Positions 14,386 through 30,175 are shown, numbered from the stretch's first letter. The stretch: 64,000 bases of DNA from Eledone cirrhosa (GCA_964016885.1 OZ024760.1:25668001-25732000), one strand, 5' to 3'. Notes: generated from the letters alone by a model not told the origin. Made by a program: numbers and translations.

Positions 14386-14602
14386 ATATTTATTAAAATA
14401 ACAGATTAAAGTTTAAACAAAGAATCGCTGCTTTCACCCTTAACGGGATCTTCTGAAACTAAGGGTGAAAGCAGCGATTCTTTGCTTAAACTCTAATCTG
14501 TTATTTTAATAAATATTTGCTCTACGGTTTTTATATATTTGATATATATTTATCCTTATCGAGCCCTCTTTGGATTTTAGTCTTCAAATTTATTATTATT
14601 AC
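14386..14602. mobile_element. Small asymmetric fold-back element between (TA)n tracts
   Basis: Inverted arms 14386-14442 and 14460-14516. The apex ACCCTTA..TAAGGGT is followed directly by GAAA; ~85 nt extra tail on the right. Confidence 0.65.
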
Positions 14603-14609
14603 TATATAT

Positions 14610-15043
14610 ATATATATTATTCAAAATATTAATAAATGGAGACATTTACATAATCAAAATATATGTTTTATTATATATATTTCGGAGGTACTGTGCTGTT
14701 TTTTCAGTACGTCCTCATCAGATGATATATATGAATTGATGTATGACATACCTCAACTGTGTTGATGGTTCAATTCCAGTGTTGACTGCCAAGACTGAAA
14801 TTGAACCATCAACACAGTTGAAGTATGTCATATATTTTATCTGATGAGGACGTACTGAAAAAACCAGCACAGTACCTCCGAAATATATATAATAAAACAT
14901 ATATTTTGATTATGTAAATGTCTCCATTTATTAATATTTTGAATAATATTAATAACTCCAGAAAACTTTCATTGTTGAGTGTTTTTAATCTATTGTAAAA
15001 CTATATTAATTGAGTAATCAATGAACCTTATTAACATTCGGTT
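14610..15043. mobile_element. Fold-back element with a hammerhead in each arm (family B)
   Basis: Inverted arms ~14610-14780 and ~14794-14949, tail to 15043. HHR(-) 14666-14727; HHR(+) 14835-14897: TTTTAT CTGATGA GGA CGTACTG..CAGTAC CTCC GAAA TATATA TA ATAAAA. Confidence 0.85.
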
Positions 15044-15634
15044 ATATATATATATATATATGAATAAAGTTGGTCCTTCATAAGTGATCTTCCAACCATC
15101 ATTGGTATTTCATCGCTTTAAAGACCATTAACCTCCGGTTGGTGCGAGCAACGGTTAAAAAAAGTCGTTGGGACACGTAAATAAAGGGGACACGAGTGTA
15201 AACAAACAAAAATGGTGAAGCAACGAAAAGTGAATATATATATATATATATATAATTGGTCTCAACAATGCAGATGGGTAAATCCCCGGGTAACAGAATC
15301 GGGTGGTAATGAGAGACAGAGAGAGATGTAAGAGGAAATGTAGAAAGAGACTTACTGGGCGGAAAGGAACGTAGGAACAGTGTAAAAATAATGTAAATAG
15401 TTACCTTGGAATTGATTTAATTTTCCCTATATTTCGGATTCCGCATCCATCAACTGGGTGTTTTACAAGGGGAAAGAGTTTCGTCGTATAGGGACAACAC
15501 ATAGCCTCTGTTGTTTAACGTGTGCGTACATATATGTATGTATGTGTGTGTGTGTAAATATGTATATACGCATGTATATATGTATGTATATGCGCGGGAA
15601 CATAGAAATAGTCGGGCTGGACACCCGATCACGC

Positions 15635-15940
15635 GGATAAACCAACGGGAGTGAAGGACTCCTAGCCTTTGTCAGGGCATTCTTCTAGGAGAAGGCAACT
15701 CGGGAAACTGGGATAACTCCGATATAAAACCTGCGGCTCAGTAGTTGCCGATGATGTTGATCTTTTCTTCTTTTCGGGTTATAGCTACTGTCGCTCAGAG
15801 AATGGGATTGGCTCAGTGCACAGTCTTTCCTCACTTTAAAAATTATCTTCACGCACAGGCATTACACGATAGAGTTAATTAATAATTATTAATAATGGTA
15901 TATCGTGCAATGGCCATACTCGATAACGAGAGGGCAGCCA
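15635..15940 (+). mobile_element. Dispersed repeat, unclassified (SINE or LINE-UTR-like)
   Basis: Homologous reverse-complement copy at ~37955-38265 and a more diverged one at ~38690-38910. Confidence 0.6.
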
Positions 15941-16432
15941 TGATGTGTGTAGGTATGTATATGTGTGTGACGGCATGTGGCTTAGTGGATAGAACGTTTA
16001 TTTGTCTTTTTGAACTATATATATATATAACTGGCCCACCCGTGACCCGCTGGGTCACGTTCACTTCAAAATATCTTTTTTGAAAAATCATGTTCACTTA
16101 AAAACAATTTTTAAATAATTAAAATATACACAGACTTGTATATATACGTGTGTGCATGTATATATATATATATATAAATGTGTATGTGTGCGTATATATA
16201 TATATAAATGTGTGTGTATACATATATATGTGTGTGTGTGTGTATATATATATATACGTGTGTGTGTATATATATATATATAAATGTGTGTGTGTGTATA
16301 CATATATATGTGTGTGTGTATATATATATATAAATGTGTGTGTGTGTATAGATATGTGTGTGTGTGTGTATATATATATAAATGTGTGTGTGTGTATATA
16401 TAAATGTGTGTGTGTGTGTATACATATATATA

Positions 16433-16463
<31 letters not shown>

Positions 16464-16569
16464 GGGTGTTTGTGATCTATATACAGTAGCCATGGACATA
16501 GACATACGTATGCATATATATATATATATATATATAAACACACACTCGTGTGTATATATGTATATATAA

Positions 16570-16962
16570 GCAAAACATATATTTAATTTGTTGGTAATTC
16601 AACAAATATTAATGTTTATAACTGATTCAAAGCACTCAACATGTTTTCTGGAGTATATTATTCAATGATATTAAATAAATGGAATCTATATTTATAAAAC
16701 CATATTTATTCTATTATATATATTTCAAGGGCACCAAAACTTTGGTACGCTCTTATCAGATAAAATACAAAGTTTGTTTTATAAATATTGACATATCCAG
16801 GAAAAACTTGAACCGTTAAAATCTTCTTCCTGATTATGTCAATATTTCTAAAACAAACTTTGTATTTTATCTGATGAAAGCGTACCAAAGTTTTGGTACC
16901 CTTTAAATATATATAATAGAATAAATATGGTTTCATAATTATAGTTTCCATTTATTTAATTT

Positions 16963-16967
<5 letters not shown>
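16570..16967. mobile_element. Fold-back element with a hammerhead in each arm (family C)
   Basis: HHR(-) 16709-16765 (CTGATAA variant) and HHR(+) 16865-16921 (TAAA variant). Stem II GTACCAAA/TTTGGTAC; loop AAACTTGAACCGT..; the left arm carries the tail. Confidence 0.85.
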
Positions 16968-17052
<85 letters not shown>

Positions 17053-17073
17053 ATATATATATATGTATATATG

Positions 17074-17108
<35 letters not shown>

Positions 17109-17117
17109 GTATATATG

Positions 17118-17150
<33 letters not shown>

Positions 17151-17186
17151 GTATATGTATATATATGTATATATATATATATATAA

Positions 17187-17251
<65 letters not shown>

Positions 17252-17439
17252 TATATATGTATATATATATATATATATATATACATATATACACACAAGA
17301 ACAACACCACCAGCTCTTTCTCTCTCTTCCAATCTCTTGCCCTGTCTCTTCTCCCTCTTTTATGTCTCTCTTTCAATTTACTCCCTCACAGTCACTCTCT
17401 CTTTCTATATATCTTACTCACTCACTCTCTCTCTCTGTT

Positions 17440-17627
17440 TATGAAGGTACCCGGAAAAGCCTCATATCTCGGGAGCCCATGCTCCTATTTACGCGAAACT
17501 TGTATTCCCATTTCAGGGTCAATTTCCTTGCAAAGTATTTTCCCGACTATACGCCTTTTTGGCTGTATTACATTACAGGCAAGCAAGTAAGTAAGCAAGC
17601 AATCACGGAGTTTTAGTAGTATATAGA
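17440..17627 (-). mobile_element. Possible non-autonomous Helitron 5' end
   Basis: Minus strand begins A|TCTATATACTACTAAAA followed by a (TGCT/TACT)n tetranucleotide run; no 3' CTAG end identified. Confidence 0.4.
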
Positions 17628-17633
17628 TAAAGG

Positions 17634-18492
17634 ACACTTCGCATATTTCTCATTCCAATTCTTCGCATATTTCTCATTCCAATTCTTCGCATTTTTCTCA
17701 TTCCAATTCTTCGCATTTTTCTCATTCCAATTCTTCGCATTTTTCTCATTCCAATTCTTCGCATTTTTCTCATTCCAATTCTTCGCATTTTTCTTATTCC
17801 AATTCTTCGCATTTTTCTCATTCCAATTCTTCGCATTTTTCTCATTCCAATTCTTCGCATTTTTCTCATTCCAATTCTTCGCATTTTTCTCATTCCAATT
17901 CTTCGCATTTTTCTCATTCCAATTCTTCGCATTTTTCTCATTCTATTTCTTCGCATATTTCTCATTCCAATTCTTCGCATTTTTCTCATTCCAATTCTTC
18001 GCATTTTTCTTATTCCAATTATTCGCATTTTTCTCATTCTAATTCTTCGCATTTTTCTCATTCCAATTCTTCGCATTTTTCTCATTCTAATTCTTCGCAT
18101 TTTTCTCATTCTTCGCAATTTTCTCATTCTAATTCTTCGCATTTTTCTCATTCCAATTCTTCGCATTTTTCTCATTCTAATTCTTCGCATTTTTCTCATT
18201 CCAATTCTTCGCATTTTTCTCATTCTAATTCTTCGCATTTTTCTAATTCTTCGCAATTTTCTCATTCTAATTCTTCGCATTTTTCTCATTCCAATTCTTC
18301 GCATTTTTCTCATTCTAATTCTTCGAATTTTTCTCATTCTTCGCAATTTTCTCATTCTAATTCTTCGCATTTTTCTCATTCCAATTCTTCGCATTTTTCT
18401 CATTCTTCGCAATTTTCTCATTCTAATTCTTCGCATTTTTCTCATTCCAATTCTTCGCAATTTCCTTATTCTAATTCTTCGAATTTTCCTCA
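17634..18492. repeat. 24-bp minisatellite
   Basis: Unit TTCTTCGCATTTTTCTCATTCCAA, roughly 35 copies, with shorter 15-bp variants. Confidence 0.95.
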
Positions 18493-18784
18493 TCCTCGTT
18501 ATATTCCGTCATCTTTACTTTGAAGGTGTAATATGACAGAGAGAGAGAGAGAGAGGGGGGGGGGGGAGAGATGTCGAAATATTGATATTTGTTGAGGGCA
18601 GCAGTCAGCACACAATTTCTATCTATTCGATTTCACTCACAAAGTTGGGTTTCCCAGAGATTATGTTATAAAAAGAAAAAATCTTGTCTAAGCTATCCCA
18701 GTATTGATTTGAGCCTGTTTCTTGAGATTGCCAACTGACCTACTTAACCACGTGGATATGTATTCATAGTGATTTCTATTATAG

Positions 18785-19673
18785 TGTCCTTGAGTAAGAC
18801 ACTTTATTTCACGTTGCTCCAGTCCACTGTGTCCTTGATCAAGACACTTTATTTCACTTTGCTCGAGTCCACTGTTTCCTTCAGCAAGACACTTTATTTC
18901 ACTTTGCTCCAGTCCACTGTGTCCTTCAGCAGGACACTTTATTTCACGTTGCTCCAGTCCACTGTGTCCTTGATCAAGACACTTTATTTCACGTTGGTCC
19001 AGTCCACTGTGTCCTTGAGCAAGACACTTTATTTCACGTTGCTCCAGTCCACTGTGTCCTTGATCAAGACACTTTATTTCACGTTGCTCCAGTCCACTGT
19101 ATCCTTCAGCAAGACACTTTATTTCACGTTGTTCCAGTCCACTGTGTCCTTCAGCAAGACACTTTATTTCACTTTGCTCCAGTCCACTGTGTCCTTCAGC
19201 AAGACACTTTATTTCACTTTGCTCCAGTCCACTGTATCCTTCAGCAAGACACTTTATTTCACGTTGTTCCAGTCCACTGTGTCCTTCAGCAAGACACTTT
19301 ATTTCACGTTGCTCCAGTCCACTGTATCCTTCAGCAAGACACTTTATTTCACGTTGTTCCAGTCCACTGTGTCCTTCAGCAAGACACTTTATTTCACGTT
19401 GCTCCAGTCCACTGTATCCTTCAGCAAGACACTTTATTTCACGTTGTTCCAGTCCACTGTGTCCTTCAGCAAGACACTTTCTTTCACGTTGCTCCAGTCC
19501 ACTGTGTCCTTCAGCAAGACACTTTATTTCACGTTGCTCCAGTCCACTGTGTCCTTGAGCAAGACACTTTATTTCACGTTGCTCCAGTCCACTGTGTCCA
19601 TGATCAAGACACTTTATTTCACGTTGTTCCAGTCCACTGTGTCCTTGAGCAAGACACTTTATTTCACGTTGCT
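18785..19673 (+). repeat. 45-bp tandem array derived from the CORE-like SINE domain
   Basis: Unit GTGTCCTTGAGCAAGACACTTTATTTCACGTTGCTCCAGTCCACT, ~20 copies. The first part of the unit occurs once in each SINE at 27795, 37457 and 61233. Confidence 0.95.
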
Positions 19674-19674
19674 C

Positions 19675-21015
19675 TCTCTGTCTCTCTCTCTCTCTTTCTG
19701 CCTAAGTCTCTTTCTTTCTCTCTCTTTCTCCCTAAGTTTTTCTTACTGTCTCTCTTTCTCTCTAGGTCTACCCTCTTTTTTCCTTCTCTCTTTCTGTCTC
19801 TCTCGCTCTTTGTCTCTCTCGCTCTCTCTCGCTATTTGTCTCTCTCGCTCTCTCTCGCTCTTTGTCTCTCTTGCTCTCTCTCGCTCTTTGTCTCTCTCGC
19901 TCTTTGTCTTTCTCGCTCTTTCTCTCTCTCGCTCGCTCTTTGTCTCTCTCGCTCTCTTTCTCCCTAGCTCTCCCCCTCTTCTTTACTTCTCTCTTTCTCT
20001 ATCTCGCTCTTTGTCTTTCCCTCTATTTCTTCCTAGGTTTCTCTATCTCTATCTACATTTCTCTTTTCTCTCTCTCACTACATTTTCATCTCTCCCTCTT
20101 TTCATCTCTCTCTCCTTCTCTCACACTACCTATCTCTCTCTCGCCCCTTCTCACTCTATCTCTCTCTCCCTTCTCACTCTCTCTCCCCTTCTCACTCTCT
20201 CTCTCCTCTTCGCACCCTCTCTCTCCTCTTCTCACTCTCTCCTCCCTCTCCTCCCTCTCCTCCCTCTCCTCCCTCTCCTCCCTCTCCTCCCTCTCCTCTC
20301 TTCCCTCTCCCTCTCCTCCCTCACCTCTCCCCTTCTCCCTCTCCTCCCTCACCTCTCCCTCTCCTCCCCCACCTATCCCCCTCTCCCTCTCCCTCTCCCT
20401 CTCCATCTCCCTCCTCTCCTCTCTCCTTTCTCCCCTCTCCTCTCTCCTTTCTCCCCTCTCCTCTCCCCTCTCCTCTCTCTTCTCTCCTCTCTCCTCTCTC
20501 CTTTCCTCTCTCTCCTTTTTCCTTTCCTCTCTCTCCTTTCTCCTTTCCTCTCTCTCCTTTCTCCTTTCCTCTCTCTCCGTTCTCCTTTCTCTCTCTCCTT
20601 TCTCTTTTTTCCTCTCTCTCCTCTCTCTCCTTTCCTCTCCCTCCTCTCCCTCCTCTCCTCTCCCTCCTCTCCTCTCTCTCCTCTCTCCTTTCTCTTCTCT
20701 CCCCTCTCTCTCCTCTCCTCTCTCTCCTCTCTCTCTCCTCTCGCTCTCCTCTCTCTCTCCTCTCCTCTCCTCTCCTCTCTCTCCTCTCCTCTCTCCTCTC
20801 CTCTCCTCTCCTCTCCTCTCTCTCCTCTCCTCTCTCTCCTCTCCTCTCTCTCCTCTCCTCTCCTCTCTCTCCTCTCTCTTCTCTGCTCTCTCTCTTCTCT
20901 CTTCTCTCTTCTCTCCTCTCTTCTCCTCTCTCTTCTCTCTCTCCTCTCTCTCCTCTCCCCTTCTCTCCTCTCTCTTCTCTCCTCTCCTCTCTCTCCTCTC
21001 ATCCCTTCTCTCTCT
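19675..21015. repeat. ~1.3 kb polypyrimidine (CT-rich) tract
   Basis: Almost purely C/T on the + strand. Confidence 0.95.
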
Positions 21016-22049
21016 TGTTCCACATATCTTCTGGGTTCATGGCCGCCGTGAAGTAGGCTCGAACTCATTTTCGTGAAAAATCAATAAACCAAAATCGCAG
21101 AACATTTTCTATGTTGAGAATGGTGGTAGGAAGATGTTGGGGAGAGATATCGGGCGCGGGGGATGAGTTTGAGGAAGACTTCGATTAGGAAACCTACTTT
21201 GGGCTTTAGTAGCTCGAGTGGGTATTGAAACACGTATGGTTGGCTTCAAAAGTGTAATCTCCACGTCGGTAATTAAGATATCTAATGGGGCGATGAATTG
21301 CGGCAGTGTGGGGTGGAGAGAGAGAGCTTGGGGGTGCATGGTTGTAGGGCTCGTTTAAGGGAGTAGAGTAGGGTATGGGGACCGGTGGGGGAGAAGTAGT
21401 TATTAAAAGGAGGCGGGCGTGTAAGTGGAGGAGTGAGTAGGAGGTTTGTAGATGAGACGTGAAAAAGGGAGAAGTGATATATGATGATGATGATGATGAT
21501 GGTGATTGTGATAATGATGGTAGTGATGCTGATGATTGTGATGATGATGATTGTGATGGTTTAGATGATAGTGATGATGATGTTGATGCATGTGTGTTTG
21601 AATGCGAGTGTTAAATATCTGTGTGTCATATGTGTAAAACACACACATATACATGTATTTATGAGACATACAAGCACACACACATACACGTGTGTGTGTG
21701 TATGCGTATCCCACACACACCCACACACACATATATATATATATGTGTGTATATATGTGCGTAACCCACACAATCTTATATAAATGTACACATACACACA
21801 CATATATATATGTGTGTGTGTGTTGATATGCGTGTGTATAGGTGTGTGTATTACACATGTATGTTTATTCATGTATGTTGAAGATTGAGTGGGTGTAAAT
21901 CTACTCCCATTCACAGACCTTTATTGAGAAAAATCAATTAAAACCTTGATCGATATTTTGAGTTCCTATCGAAATATCCGCCAAATGTGAAAGTATTATT
22001 GTTATAATATTAAACTTAACGAGTCATGACGTTTGAGGACACGTACAGA

Positions 22050-22435
22050 GATTCTGACACACACAGACACACACACACACATTCTGACACACACACACAG
22101 ATTCTGACACACACACGCACACACACAGACACACAAAACAGATTCTGACACACACACACAGATTCTGACACACAGACACACACAGAGATTCTGACACACG
22201 CAGACACACACACAGATTCTGAGACACACACATACACACACACAGATTCGGACACACAGACACACACACACAGATTCTGACACACACACACAGACACACA
22301 GATTCTGACACACAGATTTTGAAACACCCACACAGACACACACACAGATTCTGACACACACATACAGACACACACACAGATTCTGACACACACACACACC
22401 AACACACATATTCTGACACACACACACAGACAGAC
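22050..22435. repeat. (CA)n microsatellite punctuated by GATTCTGA
   Basis: Direct inspection. Confidence 0.9.
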
Positions 22436-22907
22436 ACATGTATGTGTGTGTGTATGTGTGTGTGTGTATATATATATATATTTATATATATGTATATGTA
22501 TGTATGTATATATATATATATATAAACATGAATATTTATACATATGTGTGTGTGTCTTTGAATATATATATATGTGTATGTATGTATGTATATATTTGTA
22601 TATATGTGTATATATGTATATAAATATCTATATATCTATATATCTATATATCTATATATATATATTTATGTAATTGTAGGTATCTATATGTATATGTATA
22701 TATATATGTATATATATTTGTATATATACATATATATATACTGTATATATATATATACTGTATAAATATATATATATATACTGTATATATATATAAATAC
22801 TGTATATATATATATATATATATACTGTATATATATATATATATATATATATACTGTATATATATATATATATATATACTGTATATATATATATATATAT
22901 ATATATA

Positions 22908-22943
<36 letters not shown>

Positions 22944-22971
22944 TGTATATATATATATATATATATATATA

Positions 22972-23005
<34 letters not shown>

Positions 23006-23481
23006 TGTATATATATATATAATATATATATATACTGTATATATATATATATATATATATACTGTATATATATATATATATATATATACTGTATATATAT
23101 ATATATATATACTGTATATATATATATATACTGTATATATATATATACTGTACTGTATATAATCTATATACTGTATATATATTATATATACTGTGTATAT
23201 ATATATATATATACTGTATATATATATATACTGTATATATATATATATATATATACTGTATATATATATATATATATATACTGTATATATATATATACTG
23301 TATATATATATATATATATATACTGTATATATATATATACTGTATGTGTATATTATATATATACTGTATGTATATATATATACTGTATATATATATATAT
23401 ACTGTATATATATATATATATATACTGTATATATATATATACTGTATGTATATATATATATATACTGTATATATATATATA

Positions 23482-23512
<31 letters not shown>

Positions 23513-23903
23513 CTGTATATATATATATATATATACTGTATAGTATATATATATATACTGTATATATATATATATACTGTATGTTATATATATATATATA
23601 TATATACTGTATATATATATATATATATACTGTATATATATATATATATACTGTATATATATATAATATATACTGTATGTATATATATATATACTGTATT
23701 ATATATATATACTGTATATATATATATATATACTGTATATATATATATACTGTATTATATATATATACTGTATGTATATATATATATATACTGTATGTAT
23801 ATATATATATATACTGTATGTATATATATATATACTGTATATATATATATGTATATATACTGTATATATATATATACTGTATATATATATATATGTATAT
23901 ATA

Positions 23904-23934
<31 letters not shown>

Positions 23935-24253
23935 CTGTATATATATATATATATATATATATACTGTATATATATATTATATATATATATATACTGTATA
24001 TATATATACTGTATATATATATATATATACTGTATATATATATATGTATAGATATATATATACTGTATATATATATATATGTATAGATATATATATACTG
24101 TATATATATATATATACTGTATAGATATATATATATATATACTGTAAATATATATATGTATATATATATATATATACTGTAAATATATATATGTATATAT
24201 ATATATATATACTGTAATATATATATGTATATATATATATATATATACTGTAA

Positions 24254-24285
<32 letters not shown>

Positions 24286-24295
24286 TGTAAATATA

Positions 24296-24329
<34 letters not shown>

Positions 24330-24344
24330 CTGTATATATATATG

Positions 24345-24422
<78 letters not shown>

Positions 24423-24424
24423 TG

Positions 24425-24483
<59 letters not shown>

Positions 24484-24491
24484 TGTATATA

Positions 24492-24525
<34 letters not shown>

Positions 24526-24569
24526 CTGTAAATATATATATGTATATATATATATATATATATATACTG

Positions 24570-24611
<42 letters not shown>

Positions 24612-24644
24612 CTGTAAATATATATATGTATATATATATATATA

Positions 24645-24693
<49 letters not shown>

Positions 24694-24733
24694 CTGTATA
24701 TATATATATACGGTATATATATATATATATATA

Positions 24734-24767
<34 letters not shown>

Positions 24768-24783
24768 TGTGTGTATATATATA

Positions 24784-24818
<35 letters not shown>

Positions 24819-24959
24819 CTGTATATATATATATATATATATACTGTATATATATATATACTGTATATATATATATATATACTGTATATATATATATACA
24901 TACTGTATATATATATATATATATATACTGTATATATATATACTGTATATATATATATA

Positions 24960-25031
<72 letters not shown>

Positions 25032-25138
25032 TGTATGTATATATATATATACTGTATGTATATATATATACTGTATGTATATATATATATACTGTATATA
25101 TATATATGTATATATACTGTATATATATATATATACTG

Positions 25139-25172
<34 letters not shown>

Positions 25173-25222
25173 CTGTATATATATATATATACTGTATATA
25201 TATATATATGTATATATATATA

Positions 25223-25253
<31 letters not shown>

Positions 25254-25564
25254 CTGTATATATATATATTATATATATATATATATACTGTATATATATA
25301 TATTATATATATATATATATACTGTATATATATATATGTATAGATATATATATATATATATACTGTATATATATATATGTATAGATATATATATACTGTA
25401 AATATATATATGTATATACATATATATATACTGTAAATATATATATATGTATATATATATATACTGTAAATATATATATGTATATATATATATATATACT
25501 GTATATATATATGTATGTATATATATATATATATATATACTGTATATATATATATATATATATA

Positions 25565-25617
<53 letters not shown>

Positions 25618-25804
25618 CTGTATATATATATATACGGTATATATATATATATATATACTGTATATATATATATATATATATTTATACTGTATATATATAT
25701 ATATACTGTATATATATATATATATATACTGTATATATATATATACATACTGTATATATATATATATATATACTGTATATATATATACTGTATATATATA
25801 TATA

Positions 25805-25846
<42 letters not shown>

Positions 25847-25904
25847 TGTATATATATATATATACTGTATATATATATATATATACTGTATATATATATA
25901 TATA

Positions 25905-25935
<31 letters not shown>

Positions 25936-25958
25936 CTGTATATATATATATATATATA

Positions 25959-26106
<148 letters not shown>

Positions 26107-26127
26107 CTGTATATATATATATATATA

Positions 26128-26191
<64 letters not shown>

Positions 26192-26250
26192 TGTATATAT
26201 ATATATATATACTGTATATATATATATATATACTGTATATATATATATAG

Positions 26251-26282
<32 letters not shown>

Positions 26283-26412
26283 CTGTATATATACTGTATA
26301 TATATATACTGTATATATATATACTGTATATATGTATATATATATATGTATATATATATATATGTATATATATATTATATACTGTATATATATATATGTA
26401 TATATATATATA

Positions 26413-26448
<36 letters not shown>

Positions 26449-26467
26449 TGTATATATATATATACTG

Positions 26468-26516
<49 letters not shown>

Positions 26517-26534
26517 CTATATATACTGTATATA

Positions 26535-26572
<38 letters not shown>

Positions 26573-26672
26573 TGTATATATATATACTGTATATATATAT
26601 ATACTGTATATATATATATATATATATTTATACTGTATATATATATACTGTATATATATATATATATATATA

Positions 26673-26706
<34 letters not shown>

Positions 26707-26726
26707 TGTATATATATATATATATA

Positions 26727-26757
<31 letters not shown>

Positions 26758-26760
26758 CTG

Positions 26761-26807
<47 letters not shown>

Positions 26808-26824
26808 CTGTATATATATATATA

Positions 26825-26862
<38 letters not shown>

Positions 26863-26930
26863 TGTATATATATATATATATATATATTTATACTGTATAT
26901 ATATATACTGTATATATATATATATATATA

Positions 26931-26964
<34 letters not shown>

Positions 26965-27012
26965 TGTATATATATATATATACTGTATATATATATATAT
27001 ATATATATACTG

Positions 27013-27048
<36 letters not shown>

Positions 27049-27076
27049 CTGTATATATATATATATATATATACTG

Positions 27077-27112
<36 letters not shown>

Positions 27113-27138
27113 CTGTATATATATATATATATATACTG

Positions 27139-27174
<36 letters not shown>

Positions 27175-27177
27175 CTG

Positions 27178-27215
<38 letters not shown>

Positions 27216-27238
27216 CTGTATATATATATATATATATA

Positions 27239-27298
<60 letters not shown>

Positions 27299-27573
27299 TG
27301 TATATATATATATATACTGTATATATATATATATACTGTATATATATATATATACTGTATATATATATATATACTGTATATATATATATACTGTATATAT
27401 ATATATATACTGTATATATATATGTATATAATGTATATATATATGTATATACTGTATATATATATATATACTGTATATATATATATATACTGTATATATA
27501 TATATATACTGTATATATATATATATATACTGTATATATATATATATACTATATATATATATATATATATACT

Positions 27574-27612
<39 letters not shown>

Positions 27613-27637
27613 CTGTATATATATATATATATATATA

Positions 27638-27690
<53 letters not shown>

Positions 27691-27693
27691 CTG

Positions 27694-27726
<33 letters not shown>

Positions 27727-27794
27727 TGTATATATATATACTGTATATATATATATATATACATACTGTATATATATATATACTATATATATAT

Positions 27795-28010
27795 GAAGGC
27801 GTGTGGCTGAGTGGTTAAAGAATTGGATTCGCAATCTTGAGGTTGTGAGTTCGATTCCTGAACCGGGCGACGCGTTATGTCCTTGAGCAAGACACTTTAT
27901 TTCACGTTGCCCCTTCTACCTGGAGTTGCGACCGATAGATAGTAATAGCAATTGGAAAGACCAACGGAAACATTGTTTCCTAGGTCCGATTTGACGGAAG
28001 TCGATCGATC
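27795..28010 (+). mobile_element. tRNA-derived CORE-like SINE inserted in (TA)n
   Basis: A-box TGGCTGAGTGG, B-box GAGTTCGATTCC, core GTCCTTGAGCAAGACACTT, A-tail. Homologues at 37457-37674, 61233-61440 and a 5' piece at ~49620-49652 (-). Confidence 0.85.
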
Positions 28011-28100
28011 CAAAAAAAAAAAATATATATATATATATATACATACTGTATATATATATATATACTATATATATATATATACTGTATATATATATATATA

Positions 28101-28500
28101 TATTATGAAGAAAGAAGGAACATTTAGATATAATTAGTAGACCGTTATATCGCGTGACTATCTCCCCCTCCGCCTCTTGGGATTCTTTCTCACGTCGTGT
28201 AGACGCGTTCTTGAGGCTAGAAAAACGAGGTATCCTCTTGATAAGTCGGCAGACCTCGCAGAGACTCTATGTCTTCATGATGTATTGTTTTTGTCTATGC
28301 CACGAAATTACGTAGTCGAGGAATCTAGGAGCAGTTTAGGTATGATACATTTCATTACTAATTATATCTAAATGTTTCTTCTCTCTTCATAATGTATTTT
28401 TAACTCTGATACTGGTTCAGTCTAATTCAACCGGATTGGTCTGTCCCAGTCATTCATCGAGCAACATCGGTAAGGTTGGCACCATTAACTCACGAATGGG
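28101..28500 (+). mobile_element. Element with a degenerate hammerhead and a short inverted 5' arm
   Basis: Inverted repeats 28101-28139 and 28356-28393. HHR(+) 28233-28322: TCCTC TTGATAA GTCGGCAGAC..GTCTATGCCAC GAAA TTACGTAG TC GAGGA. Confidence 0.65.
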
Positions 28501-28611
28501 TGTGGATGCATTCATGTATATGTGTGTGTCCGCACGTATCTATGTGTTTCTAAATATATTATATATATATATATACTTACTCTATATATATATATATACT
28601 ATATATATATA

Positions 28612-28647
<36 letters not shown>

Positions 28648-28843
28648 TTACTGTATATATATATATACTTACTGTATATATATATATACTTACTGTATAT
28701 ATATATATACTTACTGTGTATATATATATATACTGTATATATATATATATACTATATATATATATATACTGTATATATATATATATAAATATATATACTT
28801 ACTGTATATATATATATATATACTATATATATATATATATATA

Positions 28844-28888
<45 letters not shown>

Positions 28889-28944
28889 TGTATATATATA
28901 TACTGTATATATATATATATATATATATACTGTATATATATATA

Positions 28945-28984
<40 letters not shown>

Positions 28985-29209
28985 TGTATATATATATATA
29001 TATATACTGTATATATATATATATATATATACTGTATATATATATATATATATACTGTGTATATATATATATACTGTATATATATATATATACTGTATAT
29101 ATATATATATACTATATATATATATATATACTGTATATATATATATATAAATATATATACTTACTGTATATATATATATATATACTATATATATATATAT
29201 ATATATATA

Positions 29210-29252
<43 letters not shown>

Positions 29253-29501
29253 TGTATATATATATACTGTATATATATATATACTGTATATATATATATA
29301 TATACTGTATATATATATATATATATATACTGTATATATATATATATATATACTGTGTATATATATATATACTGTATATATATATATATACTGTATATAT
29401 ATATATATACTATATATATATATATATACTGTATATATATATATACTGTATATATATATATACTGTATAGACATATATATATACTGTATATATATATACG
29501 G

Positions 29502-29537
<36 letters not shown>

Positions 29538-29575
29538 CTGTATAGATATATATATATATTGTATATATATATATA

Positions 29576-29611
<36 letters not shown>

Positions 29612-30141
29612 ATATATATATACTGTATGTATATATATATATACTGTATATATATATATATACTGTATATATATATATATATATATACTGTATATATATA
29701 TATATATACTGTATATATATATATATATATATATACTGTATATATATATATATGTATATATATATACTGTATATATATATATATACTGTATATATATATA
29801 TATATATATACTGTATATATATATATATATACTGTATATATATATATATATGTATATATATATACTGTATATGTATATATATATACTGTATATGTATATA
29901 TATATACTGTATATGTATATATATATACTGTATATGTATATATATATACTGTATATGTATATATATATACTGTATATGTATATATATACTGTATATATAT
30001 ATATGTATATATATATATATGTATATATATATATACTGTATATATATATATACTGTATATATATATATATGTATATATATATGTATATATATATACTGTA
30101 TGTATATATATATATATATGTATGTATATATATACTGTATG

Positions 30142-30175
<34 letters not shown>

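Noticed and set aside
15424-15458. Possible minus-strand hammerhead (TTGATG GGAT..ATCC GAAA TATA GGG)
   Set aside because: Core is non-canonical and its spacing is inconsistent.
17603-18493. Protamine-like R/K/M-rich 296-aa ORF
   Set aside because: Direct translation of a near-identical 24-bp minisatellite with no unique coding context; expression cannot be excluded from sequence alone.
18769-21076. 760-aa and 404-aa ORFs
   Set aside because: Made of the 45-bp SINE-derived array and the CT tract.
27795-27870. tRNA gene
   Set aside because: The A/B boxes belong to SINE heads; no complete cloverleaf.
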